A stretch of DNA of 64,000 bases, from assembly GCF_009914755.1 (NCBI RefSeq), contig NC_060932.1. One strand, given 5' to 3'. A model generated the notes under the pieces. It saw only the letters and a list, made by a program, of their open reading frames with translations, had not been told where the DNA came from and did no database searches. Both the position numbers and the translations under genes were made by a program. This DNA is from the human T2T-CHM13v2.0 reference genome, Homo sapiens. Below are positions 1-17,519 of this stretch, in pieces; positions within the stretch are counted from its first letter, which is position 1, and each line of letters starts with the position of its first letter.

Positions 1-171
1 CCAGAAGATCTTTCTCATGCACATAAAATTCAGCCAGTTCACAAAATGTACCACATCTTATATTATCATTATCACATTTGCCTATTTTCTTTCACAATTC
101 AAGCATGCCTGAAGCTACTATCTACATGTCTTCAACTCTTTCCTATCTTAAAAACAAAAATACTTTCTGTA

Positions 172-340
172 ACCTTGCTATTCAAAATATGGTCCCTGGA
201 CCTGTAGCACTGAAATCCCTGGGAATGTGTTAGAAATGCAGAATCTCAGGCCCCACTTCAAACCTAATGAAACACAATTTGCATTTCAATAAGATTCCCA
301 GATGATGTATGCAAATTAAAATTTGGGAAGCAGGGGTCTA
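172..340. mobile_element. MER5-type hAT-Charlie DNA transposon remnant
   Basis: Typical 'tgttagaaatgcagaatctcaggcccc...ttgcattt..aataagattccca' motif. Confidence 0.7.
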
Positions 341-834
341 GTTTTCACTGTGTGATATAACATAGGGGCTTCATCCCACCTTTATAATGAAACACAGTCA
401 AATTCAATTCAAATTGATGGCTTATTTCTAAACCATAAGAGAACTGAAGTCACAGAGCAATCAACTGGCCCTAAATCAAAAGAGGGGCAGGCACCTGCAA
501 GGACAGACAGGATCTTAGTACTTGCTTACTTAGGATAGCTGCAACTGGACACCATAAGAGGGTACAGCTAAATAGTAGGTGAACAGGTGAAGGCAGAGTG
601 GGAGATTTTGAGGCAGTATGAAGCTACTAGGGTATGCATAAACTGGGGGAGTCCACACCTTCTTGCAGGTTCTGTTGCTAGAAATCACACCAGATACACA
701 CAAAAAAGACAAGAAAGCCCTAAGAAAGTGCCCATTGCAGTAGAAACCTGAAGGAGGGGAATAGCAGTATTGTAGGAAGAACATGAAACTCTACCTGGAT
801 CCTTCTCCCAATCTCTACGAGTCAATCCTTAATC

Positions 835-1121
835 TGAGCGGTGAACCAATTAAACCTTTTTTTAATAAATTACCCAGTCTCAGGTTATTTCTTTATAACA
901 GCATAAGAATGGCCTAATACATACCTGTTTTACCCATCTCTCCCCTCCCTTCTTAAATAAGGAAGGCTATATAAGTATGTGGGCCCCATTAGGATAGCGG
1001 GTAATCACTCTGTGATTTTCCCCCATGCATGCCAATAAATTTGTAGGCCATTTCTCTTATTAATCTGCCTTCTGTCAGTGAATCTTCAGAGGGCAAAGGA
1101 GTTTTCCTTTTCTCTCTACAC
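835..1121 (+). mobile_element. MST/MaLR LTR 3' end (835-921) abutting an ERV1 LTR 3' end (MER39/MER34-like, 922-1121)
   Basis: 'ataaattacccagtctcagg...ggcctaataca' MaLR terminus, then AATAAA and a 'gagggcaaagg...ctaca' terminus. Confidence 0.6.
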
Positions 1122-1259
1122 CAGTAACATATACTTAAAGTAAATTCACATTTCTGACTTATGAGTAAAGAGATGACCTCAGATAAAATCAAGCTATTGC
1201 CCAACATCTCCCTTCCACATCCAAAGTTTCCTTCAGAAAGTTGAATCCTTCCTTATTGA

Positions 1260-2070
1260 TACTCCCTTCTCAGCCAACTAAAATCTGGCTTCTCCTCACA
1301 TAGCTATCATTAAAACTGCTCTGACAAAGACATCAATCTCTTTCACGTTATTAAATCTAATGGACCCCACACACACCTCAGCCCCAATATTCCTCTTACT
1401 TGACCTATCTAAAGCATCAGATCACTCTTTTTTTATTTTTATTTTTTTGAGACAGTGTCTCATTCTGTCACACAGGCTGGAGTGTAATGGCGTGATCTCA
1501 GCTCACTGCAACCTCTGCTTCCCAGGCTATAGTGTTCTTCACCACCTCAGCCTCCCAAGTAGCTGGGACCATAGGCTTGCACCATCACACCCAGCTAATT
1601 TTTGTATTTTTAGTAGAGACGGGGTTTTACCATGTTGTCCAGGCTGGTCTCAAACTCCTGAACTCAAACAATCCTCCCAACTCGTCCTCCCAAAGTGATG
1701 GGATTACAGGTGTGAGCCACCGTTCCTGGTCTTATTCCCTCTTTCTTGAAATGCCTCTTCCACCCTTAGCTTCTAGGATATCTTTTTTTTTTTTCCTGTC
1801 TCTCTGGACATTACTCCTCTCTCTCTTTCTAGTTCTTGTTCTTCTTCCTGTTCTCTTCCAATAAACACTGGTGTTTTTCAGCATTTTCTCCTGGGATCTT
1901 CTCCTATCACTCTATTTATACTGCCTAGCCCTAGTTACTACCTATATGGGTAGAAGTCCCAAACTTGACTCTTACTCTGGAGCTCCAGAGTTGATATATA
2001 CAATTAATTACTAAATATCTTTATATAGTTATCTCACAATACCCAGTAAAGCTGAAAATGAACTCAAAGT
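1260..2070. mobile_element. L2 fragment interrupted by a minus-strand Alu (1428-1731)
   Basis: L2-like pyrimidine-rich motifs on both sides of an Alu dimer. Confidence 0.6.
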
Positions 2071-2493
2071 CTGGAGAGCTTTCCTATAGGTTAAATGTTA
2101 GATTTCGTTTTAAAAAGTCATTCGAGTTAGGAATTCATTTTGAAAACAAATATAAAAAATCTTCCAAAATCTAAAGGAAAACTAAAGGTTAGAGATTTAT
2201 GAGTTACAAATCCTAAATACTAGCTTTCTGACTTTTCCAAACTTTTCACACTATATATTAACTTTTTTGCACATTGATTCCCCTTATTTTCAAAGTAAGA
2301 ATACCATATTTGCTTTTGTATTGAATGGTGCATATTATGCAAACACACAGGAGATACAGGAGACTAAGATATGTTACCAGTACATCCAGTTAGTTTAAAA
2401 ATTAAACTTTTATTGACCATGAGGTGTTATTTTCCCCATGTGTTTAAAATCCTGGATATAAGTATCCAGAGAGGGGCAGTAAGTAGTAAGTAG

Positions 2494-2874
<381 letters not shown>

Positions 2875-3057
2875 TGACACACTGGTTGAAGGATTTGGGG
2901 CAAGCTAATCTTCGCATCAGTATATTAATCTATAAAATAGAGATAATTCCTTCTCCCTCCAAGAGAAGTAAACAAAATAATCACATAAAAACTCAGCTCA
3001 TTATGTCTGGCACACAACAAGTATTCAATAATTGGTAAGTAATGGTAGTGAACATGG

Positions 3058-3479
3058 TGTTTTTAAATTAAGTTTAGCCTAATGCTGCCTCCTTACATAT
3101 TTTAAGCCTGAAGGTTTCTCCATATACATAATGAACTATAACCCAAGCAGGTATGTAAACAGGTCATAATCTACTCTTCTAACAAATAGCCGAGTCTCAG
3201 CCAATCACAGCAGCCATACTCCAATGCATTCATAGGTAGCAAACTGTTCAAACCACATTCAAATAAGGCATATGTCAAGGTGCAACCAATCTGCCTGCTT
3301 CTGCACCTCACTTCCATTTTCCATAAGTCACTTTCCTTTTTCCATCCATAAATCCTCTCTGACCATGCAACAACACCAGAGTGGCTCTGAATCTATTCTG
3401 GTTCAGGGGCTGCCCAACTCTTAAATCATTCTTTGCTCAAATAAACTCTGTTAAATTTGTCTCAAGTTTTCCCTTAACA
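3058..3479 (+). mobile_element. MER57-type ERV1 5' LTR
   Basis: Starts TG...'aaattaagtttagcctaatgctgcctccttacatatttt'; CCAAT boxes, AATAAA ~3440, ends 'ttaaca'; followed by a PBS. Confidence 0.8.
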
Positions 3480-8832
<5,353 letters not shown>

Positions 8833-10109
8833 TTAGCTGAAAACACAAAAGAGAACAGTGATCCTTGAAATGTCTATCAAGATTAAACCCTGCTGAAAAG
8901 CAAAGGGAGGAAGTAAAAAGACAGGAAAAAGAAGAAAATTAAACACAATGGAAGAGTGACAATTGGCAGAAGTAAAATCAGACTTTAGAAACAATAACAG
9001 GATGTCATGAAGCAGACCTCCTTACACAGCAGAAAAGAGTTTACCATAACTACAAGGAATGAATGAGAATAGAGTAGAAAAGTCTGAGAGCACTGAGGAG
9101 GAGGGAGGGGCAGACTAAGCCCAGCACATTTCACTACCACTATGACAGAGTCTAAAAAGCATGCCAACTGAAACAGCAGTGTTCTGGAGGCATTTGGTGT
9201 AATGATTAGCATGTCTACAAATAGAAGTAACCTCAAAGAAACTTATTGTATTAAAATATAGTATATAAGGACTCCGACATCTGGTAGAAGCTAAATTATG
9301 CTCATTATATTTTTACTAAGGCAGATAAAAAATGCAATATGTTCAAATATTTTATCATCAAAAGCAATCAAAGTAAATGTCTCAGAGCTTAGGAGAAATG
9401 ATTTTGTTACCTACAGTCTTTTATCTACAAGAACCTCTTATTTACTCTTACCTCTTATTGTCTGTCTGAGGTAATTTTAATATATAACTACTTGTTTTTA
9501 TGTGTTTTCCTTTACTTAAAGCAGACATAAACCTGTGAGTCAAAGACAAGGCTACAGTCCTGTAAAGCTACATACTAACTAATTCAGATGACTTGGGCAA
9601 GATGCTAATAAAATCTACACTCAAGGATTTAGTCCCTATTTGTTCAAGTTATTTTATACCCAGACACACCAAAGGAAACCAGACAAGAGTGTGGTTATGC
9701 AAACTCATCACTATTTTTAGAAAAATGAAAACAATCTCCACTAATAATGGCAAAATATCACATCATCTCAAACTTTCAAGATCGTGATCTGTAGTTCCAC
9801 CTGACCCTCTGGATGACCCTATAAATTGCTGACTTTATATTACTTCAATTTTCCTATCCACAAATTTGATCATAACAATTTGTCACAAATAAAAAATAGG
9901 CAATAAATGACTATTAAGGTGAAAAACAGCAAATTAATTACTGATAAATTAAACTATACATATAAGTGTTTGACTTACCTGGAAGCCATATTTCCCAAAT
10001 TTCTAATATTTACAATTTAGTCAAGAATTTAGAAGTGAAGAGACAACACAATCAAGGAAAACAATTACCCAAAAGTTTATTTAATAGAGAGGTGAAGAGT
10101 CTGATAAGG

Positions 10110-11370
10110 AATCACCTTTCTGTCCTCCTTTTAATTTCCCTTCCCTTGAATCTGAACTGGTTTTAGTGACTTGCTTGACCATTACATGCAGCAGAAATAA
10201 TGTTCTGGAACTTCAAAAGCTAGGTCATAACAAGTCTGTGGTAGGATGAATAATGGCCCCCAAAGATATCCCACATTCTAATTCCCTAACCTGTATATAT
10301 GTTACATTATATGGCAAAAAGAATTTTGCAAGTGTAATTAAATTAAGGATTTTGAGAGAGTGAGATTATCCTGGATTATCCAGGTAAAACCTAAATATAA
10401 TCATGAGGGTTCTTATAATAGGGAGGCAAAAAGGTCAATGAGGGAGCAGAGATTTTAGTGATGTGTCCAGGAACCAAGGAATCCCAAAAGATGAAAGAAG
10501 CAAAGAATACATTCTGCCCTGGACTCTCTAGAAGGACAGAGCCTTGCTGACACTTTGATTTTAGTCCTTTAAGACTTATTTTGGACTTTGTACTTTGACA
10601 ACTCTAAGAGAATATGTTGTTTTATGCCACTGTATTTGTGGTGTTACAGCAGCAATAGAAAACTAATACAGGCCGGGCGTGGAGGTTCACACCTGTAATC
10701 TCAGCACTTTGGGAGGCCGAGGCAGGAGGATTGCTTGAGGTCAGGAGTTCCAGACCAGCCTGGCCAACCTGGCAAAACCCCACCTCTACTAAAAATACAA
10801 AAATTAGCCAAGTGTGGTGGTGTGTGCCTGTAGTCTCAGCTACTCAGGGAGGCTGAAGCAGGAGAATCGCTTGAACCCGGGAGGCAGAGGTTGCAGTGAG
10901 CCAAGATCACACCACTGCACTCCAGACTGAGTGACAGCACGAGACTCCGTCTCAAAAAAGAGAAAGAAAACTAATACAAAGTCTTACAGCTTCTACCCAG
11001 CCCCCTTGGAACATTTTCTCTGGGATCCCTGACCTAAGTATTACAACCATGCTAACATTGTCATGCTGGTGAGGCCACATCCATCTCCTTGGGTCAACAG
11101 TTCCAGTTGAGGCCAGCCCTCCAGCCATCCACCAAAGTACCAGACACATAAACAAACCGATGTTGGACCTTCTGACCAGACCATCAGCCAGCCAAAGTTT
11201 ATGTAATGACCTCCATAGATACCATAAGAAACAGCATCCAGCTGAGCCCTGCCTATATCCTTTTTTTTTCAATTTTATTTTTTTATTTCCTATGAACTCT
11301 GTACCTGCAACTGCCTATATTCTTGATCCACAAAATCATGAGCTATGATAGAAGGGTTGTTATTTGAAGT
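10110..11370 (+). mobile_element. Old MLT1 LTR containing an MLT1D-like LTR (10237-10978), which contains an AluS (10671-10964)
   Basis: 5-bp TSD AAGTC at 10232-10236 and 10979-10983; Alu TSD agaaaactaataca. Confidence 0.75.
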
Positions 11371-11931
11371 CACACGTAACTCTGGACATGTTATATGTAA
11401 GTGATGATTAAACACTGTTAAACAGCATATATGCCTTTCATAATGGAAAAAAAAAAACTTTACTTGATTACTTGATTACTTGATTATCTGTCTTCTACTG
11501 GCAGTAATCCCTAGTAATAAGACCATTCCAACATACCCCGTAACTCTAAAGAACTCAGAATTAAGCTTGCTGAAATATACTACTGTAATTAGGTTCTTTC
11601 CATATTGGTAAAATAACTGATTGTAGCAAAGCTTCATTTAACTGAGTGTAACTCAACTTATAGAAGCCCATGGCTCATCAGAGATCTCTCACTCCTCTTG
11701 CCTCAATTCATACTTCTTATCCACGTCCTTGTTCTTCCCCTCTTGCCGGGCCTAGGTGGGGCTATACTTCCCTTATTCCTTTTTACTATCTCAACAAAGG
11801 CACTGAAATATCTTTATTCACGTATCTTTATTTGCAGTATAAAATGTTTTTCTTGCCCTTTTTCTTATTGGACAAAAGCAAACTATTCCCAATCCATTCC
11901 AGAGGCTCATAGCTTAAAATAATTTATATTT

Positions 11932-12227
11932 AGGCTAGGCACGGTGCTCACAGCTGTAATCCCGGCACTTTGGAAGGCTAAGCTCGGTGGATCACCTGAG
12001 GTCAGGAGTTCGAGATGAACCTGGCCAACATGGTGAAACCCCACCTCTACTAAAAATACAAAACTTAGCCAATCACAGTGGTGCATGTCTGTAATCCCAG
12101 CTTCTCAGGAGGCTGAGGCAGGAGAATCGCTTGAACCTGGGAGATGGAGTTGCACTGAGCTGAGATCGCACCACTGCACTCCACCCTGGGCAACAGAGTG
12201 AGACTCTGTCTCAAAAAATAAAAAAAA
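11932..12227 (+). mobile_element. AluS
   Basis: Alu dimer with A tail. Confidence 0.9.
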
Positions 12228-12706
12228 TTTAAGAAAAGAATTTCTATTTTCTCACATAATCCTGAGCAATGGGCTGAAAAAAAATAAGGATAATCTTGTT
12301 AAAGGTCCAAGATCTCTAGTGAACAGGGATTCCATAAGAAAGCCTAATTTATTTTTAAGTGTTTTAGATACTCAATTTAGTATAAGCTCTTTATCTTTCA
12401 GTCTTTCATTTTGTCAACGTCCTCTTATACTATATGGCAAGTTCTCAAAACAAAGCTCTTCACCCTACCTTAAACAATCACAAAAAATGGGGGACTACAA
12501 GATTAAAGTTTAGAATTATTTGGTTAATGTATACAGACGTAGATAAATGGTAAAAAATGTCAAAAGCACACAATTACCACTCACATAGAGTAATCAAAAA
12601 ATGCAAGCTAATTGAGACCTAACATTGATAGAAAAACTGCTCTGTTCACCTCAATACATCTTTTATTTGCTATATGTAAAAACAATCTCATTTTTTAAAT
12701 ATCTTA

Positions 12707-13270
12707 AGTATACATATTATAACAAAAATATTCCCTAAGAGGCTCCCTTTTTCAAAACATATCTCTCATTGTACCTCTCCAATAGCCAGTTCTTGTCTCT
12801 CTGTGTAAACTCTCTGATGAGCATTAATTACACCACCTTAAATAATGTGGAAGCCAACCTCAAAGATGTACCCCCGATGATTCCCACTCCCTTGTATTCA
12901 CACCTTGTGTAGTACTCTCCCACAATGTGTCAGGACAAAAGAGATGGACTGTCACTTCGAAGACTGCGTTTTAAAAGTCTGTGGCTTATAGTATACATAT
13001 TATAACAAAAATATTCCCTAAGAGGCTCCTTTTTTCAAAACATATCTCTCATTTTACCTCTCCAATAGCCAGTTCTTGTCTCTCTGTGTAACTCTCTGAT
13101 GAGCATTAATTACACCACCTTAAATAAGTGTGGAAGCCAGCCTCAAAGATGTACCCCCGATGATTCCCACTCCCTTGTATTCACACCTTCTGTAGTACTC
13201 TCCCACAATGTGTCAGGACAAAAGAGATGGACTGTCACTACTAAGACTGTGTTATAAAAGTCTGTGGCTT
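12707..13270. repeat. Direct tandem duplication, period 283 bp
   Basis: 12707-12987 vs 12990-13270; ~10 differences by eye. Confidence 0.92.
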
Positions 13271-13665
13271 CCAGCTTAGGTGCCCACAGGTGCTGTCTTG
13301 CAAACACACTCGCTCTCTCTTGCTCTCTCGCTCTCTCATCACTTGCTCTAGAGGAAACCCACTGCCATGTCATGAGAATACTCAGGCAGCCCTGTGGAGG
13401 ACCACATGGGAGGGAATTGAGACATCCAGCCAACAGCCATGTGAGTGAGACTTCTTGGAAATGGATCCTCCAGCCCCAGTTAAGACTTCAGATGATGCCA
13501 CCCCAGCTGAGAGCTTGATTTCAACTTCTTAAGATCCTGGGCCAGAAATACTCAACTAAGATGCTATAGCATTCCTGAGCCTCAGAAATTATGAGTTAAT
13601 ACATGCTTGTTTTAAGCCACTGTGTTTTAGGATAATTTGTTATACCGCAATGGATAACTAATACA
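13129..13665 (+). mobile_element. MLT1 (F-like) solo LTR
   Basis: tgtggaagccagcctc...gataactaataca; approximate TSD ataag/atgag. Confidence 0.75.
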
Positions 13666-16593
13666 ATGAGCACTGTCTATTTTTCAATACCAAATTGCTA
13701 TATTTTAAAAGCTTTAAAAAATAATTATAAATGGAAATATTAATTACAAAAATTGGGAAGAAAATTTGTTTTAAAAATTTTGGCTAACATTGAAAGGCCA
13801 CTGTAATAATGTCAGCTTGCCAGTACTACTTGTAAAAACATGAATAATGCTCTATCAGCAGAATATGGTCTGTTTCTGGAAGAAGAGAGATCAGGCTGAG
13901 CAGGTAAATTGAAGGCGCAAACTCAACTTTTTTTTAAATTGGGAAAGAAATTGGTTTGTAATTTTAAAAATCACAATATTCTATTTAACTATGATAAGAT
14001 ATCCCACAAGGTCTGCCTTATCTATTACGAACTGATTCCAAAGCTTTATCTCATCACAGATTATATCACATGCCTACTGATAAACATATAAGAAAGATAA
14101 GGGCAAATGTGCCAAATTTCAACAGCAGATTCCACTGCCATATCAAAGCATGGATGATATTTTTTCAGTAACATTTCCATACCAAATCCAAAACACTTCA
14201 TTAGTTTATACAAGCACCCTTTCCAAAGACACACAAGATTGCCTATGGCAAGAAATAGCCCTTTAAATAGAATTAATTTTGGTAGAAAGTACACTTAGTA
14301 CACACACACAATACATCGGTTGAGTACTTCAAAACATTATTCAAAAAGCAACAATAAAAGAAAACATGGGAGTTTTTCATTTATCTGGCTGGAAAAAAAT
14401 TGTTGATTTCAGCAATGGAATGAGCTGTACGCATTCCCAACATAATAAAATCCCTTTTACCTTAATGATTAATGAATAAGGTAATTTCCTAAGTGATGAT
14501 TCTAGTTATCTCCATAACTATATGTATTGATACTGAAAACAGTAAGTGAACACCAAGACTACATACACTAACAAAGCAGCAGCATCTGTGTCATTTGATT
14601 CATAGGACAATCATTTTGTCATCGACATCAGCAAAAATAGCTGATTTAAACTTTGATGTTCTTTAGCATATAAAGAGGAGAGATAAGCATCTGACTAACC
14701 ATTGTTTCAAATATCCTTGACTGTTTCTCCTGAGCAAAGAAGACAATTTAAATTACTAATTTCTCTCTCATATTAGTAACATAACTAAGTTTAATTGATG
14801 CTAATGATCTCCATTGACTAAAGTGCTTAGGTCCTTTTCAGAATATTTAAAACCACGTTAAATTTAAAAATATTATCTTTATTAGGAAATGTAGCATTGC
14901 TACTGCAATACTGCTGGCATGTAAAAAATAATAATGTATGAGAAAAAAATTATTCAGTCACCTTGCAGGACATGTTTTTCAAGAACTGCCACAAAACTAT
15001 ATTCATAGGGCCCTCCAATCTTGTAACTTGTTGACAATGCAGAATTTCCAAGAAATTACTTGGAAAAGGTAAAATGTGTGTTCAAATAGTCTTGTCAGTG
15101 CAGAAAGATTCAAAAGTTAATGTTCTAGTACATGACTGACTATATTATTTTTCCAAGGAGCATATTTTCAGAATTGACTATTTTTAAACTGCATACTGAG
15201 TGCACACATAGATTACAAATGTGCTAGTGTTTCATTATGATTGCATATAACATCATGATTACACATTGAATAACGGAATTGATCGGACGTTACATTTTCC
15301 TGTAAAAGCACTGTGGGTAAACAATGTCTGGAATCAATCATCCACTATAAATTGGTCCACAATTTCCTGAACTGAGGGGGAAAACATCTGATTAAAAGCC
15401 ACAACTAAAACAAGTTTCTGAAGTAGTACAGATAACGTCCTGCTTACATGAGGTAGATAATTCTTTCCTCCATTCCTGCACATCAGCTAAAGATATACTT
15501 TCAAGTCTGGCAAATCAAATGGCATGATCCGAATCAATGTGCTCTACACTTTGGAATCTATGAGATGTTTATGTACCTACCAAGTTTAGAGAGGAGAGTA
15601 AACTTTTTTAAAACTTTCAAACACATCAGAATGTAATACAAACTGAAGCAATGTGTTTTGTTTACATAACTGTATTTAAGTGGCAGAAATATTTTAAGAC
15701 ATCCATTTTAGTCGTTTGCTCCTTTCATCCTTTTTATTTTCTGAACTTTTAGCTTTTTCACCTAGACTCAAATTCTGCCCTACCCCATTCTGGACTCCTT
15801 TTAGAAATATCCTATTTTAACATGCTAGTTTAAAAATCGTTTTGCTTTCATCATTCCCAATTACTTTTGAGCATCAGTCTGACTTTTACTACAGAGCCAC
15901 AGATTTCCAAAAAATATACCTCCTTATTTATTTCATTCTTTCAACCTCTGGGAAAAACCAAAACTGGAGTTTAACTTGAATCTGTCTTTCCATTTCTGGA
16001 GAAAATGTTTCCTTTGGCTGCTGAAATTAACGCAATCAGACATGTGTGGAAACAAGCAGCTATGAGCATCCCTGACTTTCGAAGCTACACCCCTTCTTTT
16101 GGCTACCCACCCATACGTCTTCATTTGATAACCGTTCAAAAAGTTTCTTCCTGCCAGGCGGGTTTGCAGCACTTTCTCGGAGCAGGCACAGCATGCCACC
16201 TGCACGGGTGCACGCTCGCAAGAAAGCAGCAAGGGCTAAGGGACAGGAGGGCTGGGGAGGGGAGGCACGGGGCAAATCAAAACTCAATCCCAACAGCGTT
16301 AACTGGCATTTTAGGCCGAAGCTCCGGATTCGGAGGCTGGGGAGGAAGTAGCTAGCGCTGGCCTCGGCTGCCTGGCACGACCCGCGCCCGTCCTACCTGC
16401 CTGGGGGAAACTCGGGCGGCGGAAAGTCTCCCCGCCCCCAGCCGTCCCAGGCGTGGGGCCAGACAGGCGAGGGGGGCGGAAGGGGGGCGGCGGCGGGGGT
16501 CCAAGATCCAGGGCCGCAGCGGGCTCCCGGTGGGCTGGCGAGAAGAGGAGGGCGTCGGGGCCCCCGGGCTCGCCCCCCACCTGCCCCCCTTAC

Positions 16594-16897
16594 CTTGGGC
16601 AATGGCAATAGACTCGAAGCGGTGCAGCTCTTTGAGCAGGCAGCTCCTCTCCGTGGAGTGCAGGCTGTAGATGAAGTCGCGCGCGCCCTGCGCCGTGTTC
16701 AGCGCCTCCATGGGCTCCTTCTTGGGGTGCGTGCCCAGCCGCCTGGGGCCGCCCGGCAAGCCGCCGGGGGGCGCGAGCGCCAGCAGCCCCCGCCCGCAGC
16801 AGCACCAGGACGGCGGGCGGGGCGCGGCGGCGGCGGCCGGGCCCGGCCTCAGGCTGCGCGCGGTCCGGCTCCTCAGCAGCGGCAGCAGCCGGGACAT
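16594..16897 (-). CDS. TMEM65: TMEM65 coding exon 1 (codons 1-101 plus 1 nt; mitochondrial presequence and start of the mature protein)
   Basis: Translation MSRLLPLLRSRTARSLRPGPAAAAAPRPPSW...LHRFESIAIAQ matches the human TMEM65 N-terminus as I recall it. GCCATGT start context; phase-1 donor CAAG|GTAAGG at 16594/16593; Arg-rich, acid-free first ~60 aa typical of a presequence. Confidence 0.96.
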
Positions 16898-16976
16898 GGC
16901 GAGCTGAGGAGCTGGGACCCCCGCGGCCGTCCGGGAAGGCGGTTTCTGGCGCGGCTGAGGCGAGAAGGAGCTGGGC

Positions 16977-17033
16977 TCAGCTCGACCCCGCCCCGAGGTC
17001 CTCCTGCCAGGCAGCCGAGGCGCCGGGCACCAT
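16977..17033 (-). other. Candidate uORF in the TMEM65 5' UTR (MVPGASAAWQEDLGAGSS*)
   Basis: Only minus-strand ATG between ~17440 and the main ATG; 18 codons plus TGA; out of frame; ends 79 nt upstream of the CDS. Confidence 0.55.
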
Positions 17034-17396
17034 GCACTCCGCGGGCCCGCGCGGCTCTCGCCTCCTGTTCCGTCCCCACTTCCTTTCCAAAAGGCCCGCG
17101 GCGGCTCCCGCCCCTCCGATGGGAAAAACTTTCTCTGAGACGGCCGGGCCCGGACAGCGCCCGGAGAGGGCGGGCGGTCGGTGCGGGCGGGCGCCTCCCG
17201 GCTGAGGAGGAGCGGCGCGGGCGGGCGGGGCGGGCTAGTGTGTGTCTCTGTCAGTCTGATCTTCCAGAGGATGAGTCAGCCACGCACCGCCCTCCTCCAG
17301 CGCCGCCCTACTCTCCCGCCAGCTTTCTCACCCTCTAGCCTCCCCACGTCCCCACTCTGTAAGGTTCCCGAGCCCTCAAAGCAGCCGCGCTCCCGA

Positions 17397-17422
17397 GCCG
17401 CAGCCGCCGCCGCCGCCGCCGC
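17397..17422. repeat. (GCC)n/(GGC)n trinucleotide tract near the TMEM65 5' end
   Basis: gccgcagccgccgccgccgccgccgc: six pure GCC units plus interrupted flank. Confidence 0.85.
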
Positions 17423-17507
17423 TACCCCTAGCGGCAGCAGAAGTGGGAACGGGGCGGGGCGAAAGGGGAAGGAGGTGCGGGGGGGCGGGGAGGTGTGTGA
17501 GCGAGGC

Positions 17508-17519
17508 TGCGCAGGCGCA
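17508..17519. promoter_or_regulatory. NRF1-type binding motif TGCGCAGGCGCA
   Basis: Near match to the NRF1 consensus YGCGCAYGCGCR, next to the GC boxes. Confidence 0.65.

Noticed and set aside
12707-13270. Repeat as a CRISPR-like or spacer array
   Set aside because: Two long adjacent copies with no spacers, in a eukaryotic context.
16352-16593. C-terminal 80 aa of the 181-aa ORF 16352-16897
   Set aside because: Read-through past the canonical GTAAG donor into GC-rich intron; not TMEM65 protein sequence.
16595-17338. 247-aa plus-strand ORF and other overlapping ORFs in 16000-18140
   Set aside because: Stop-poor CpG island gives Arg/Gly/Pro/Ala low-complexity frames; many start at non-ATG codons; no recognisable domain.
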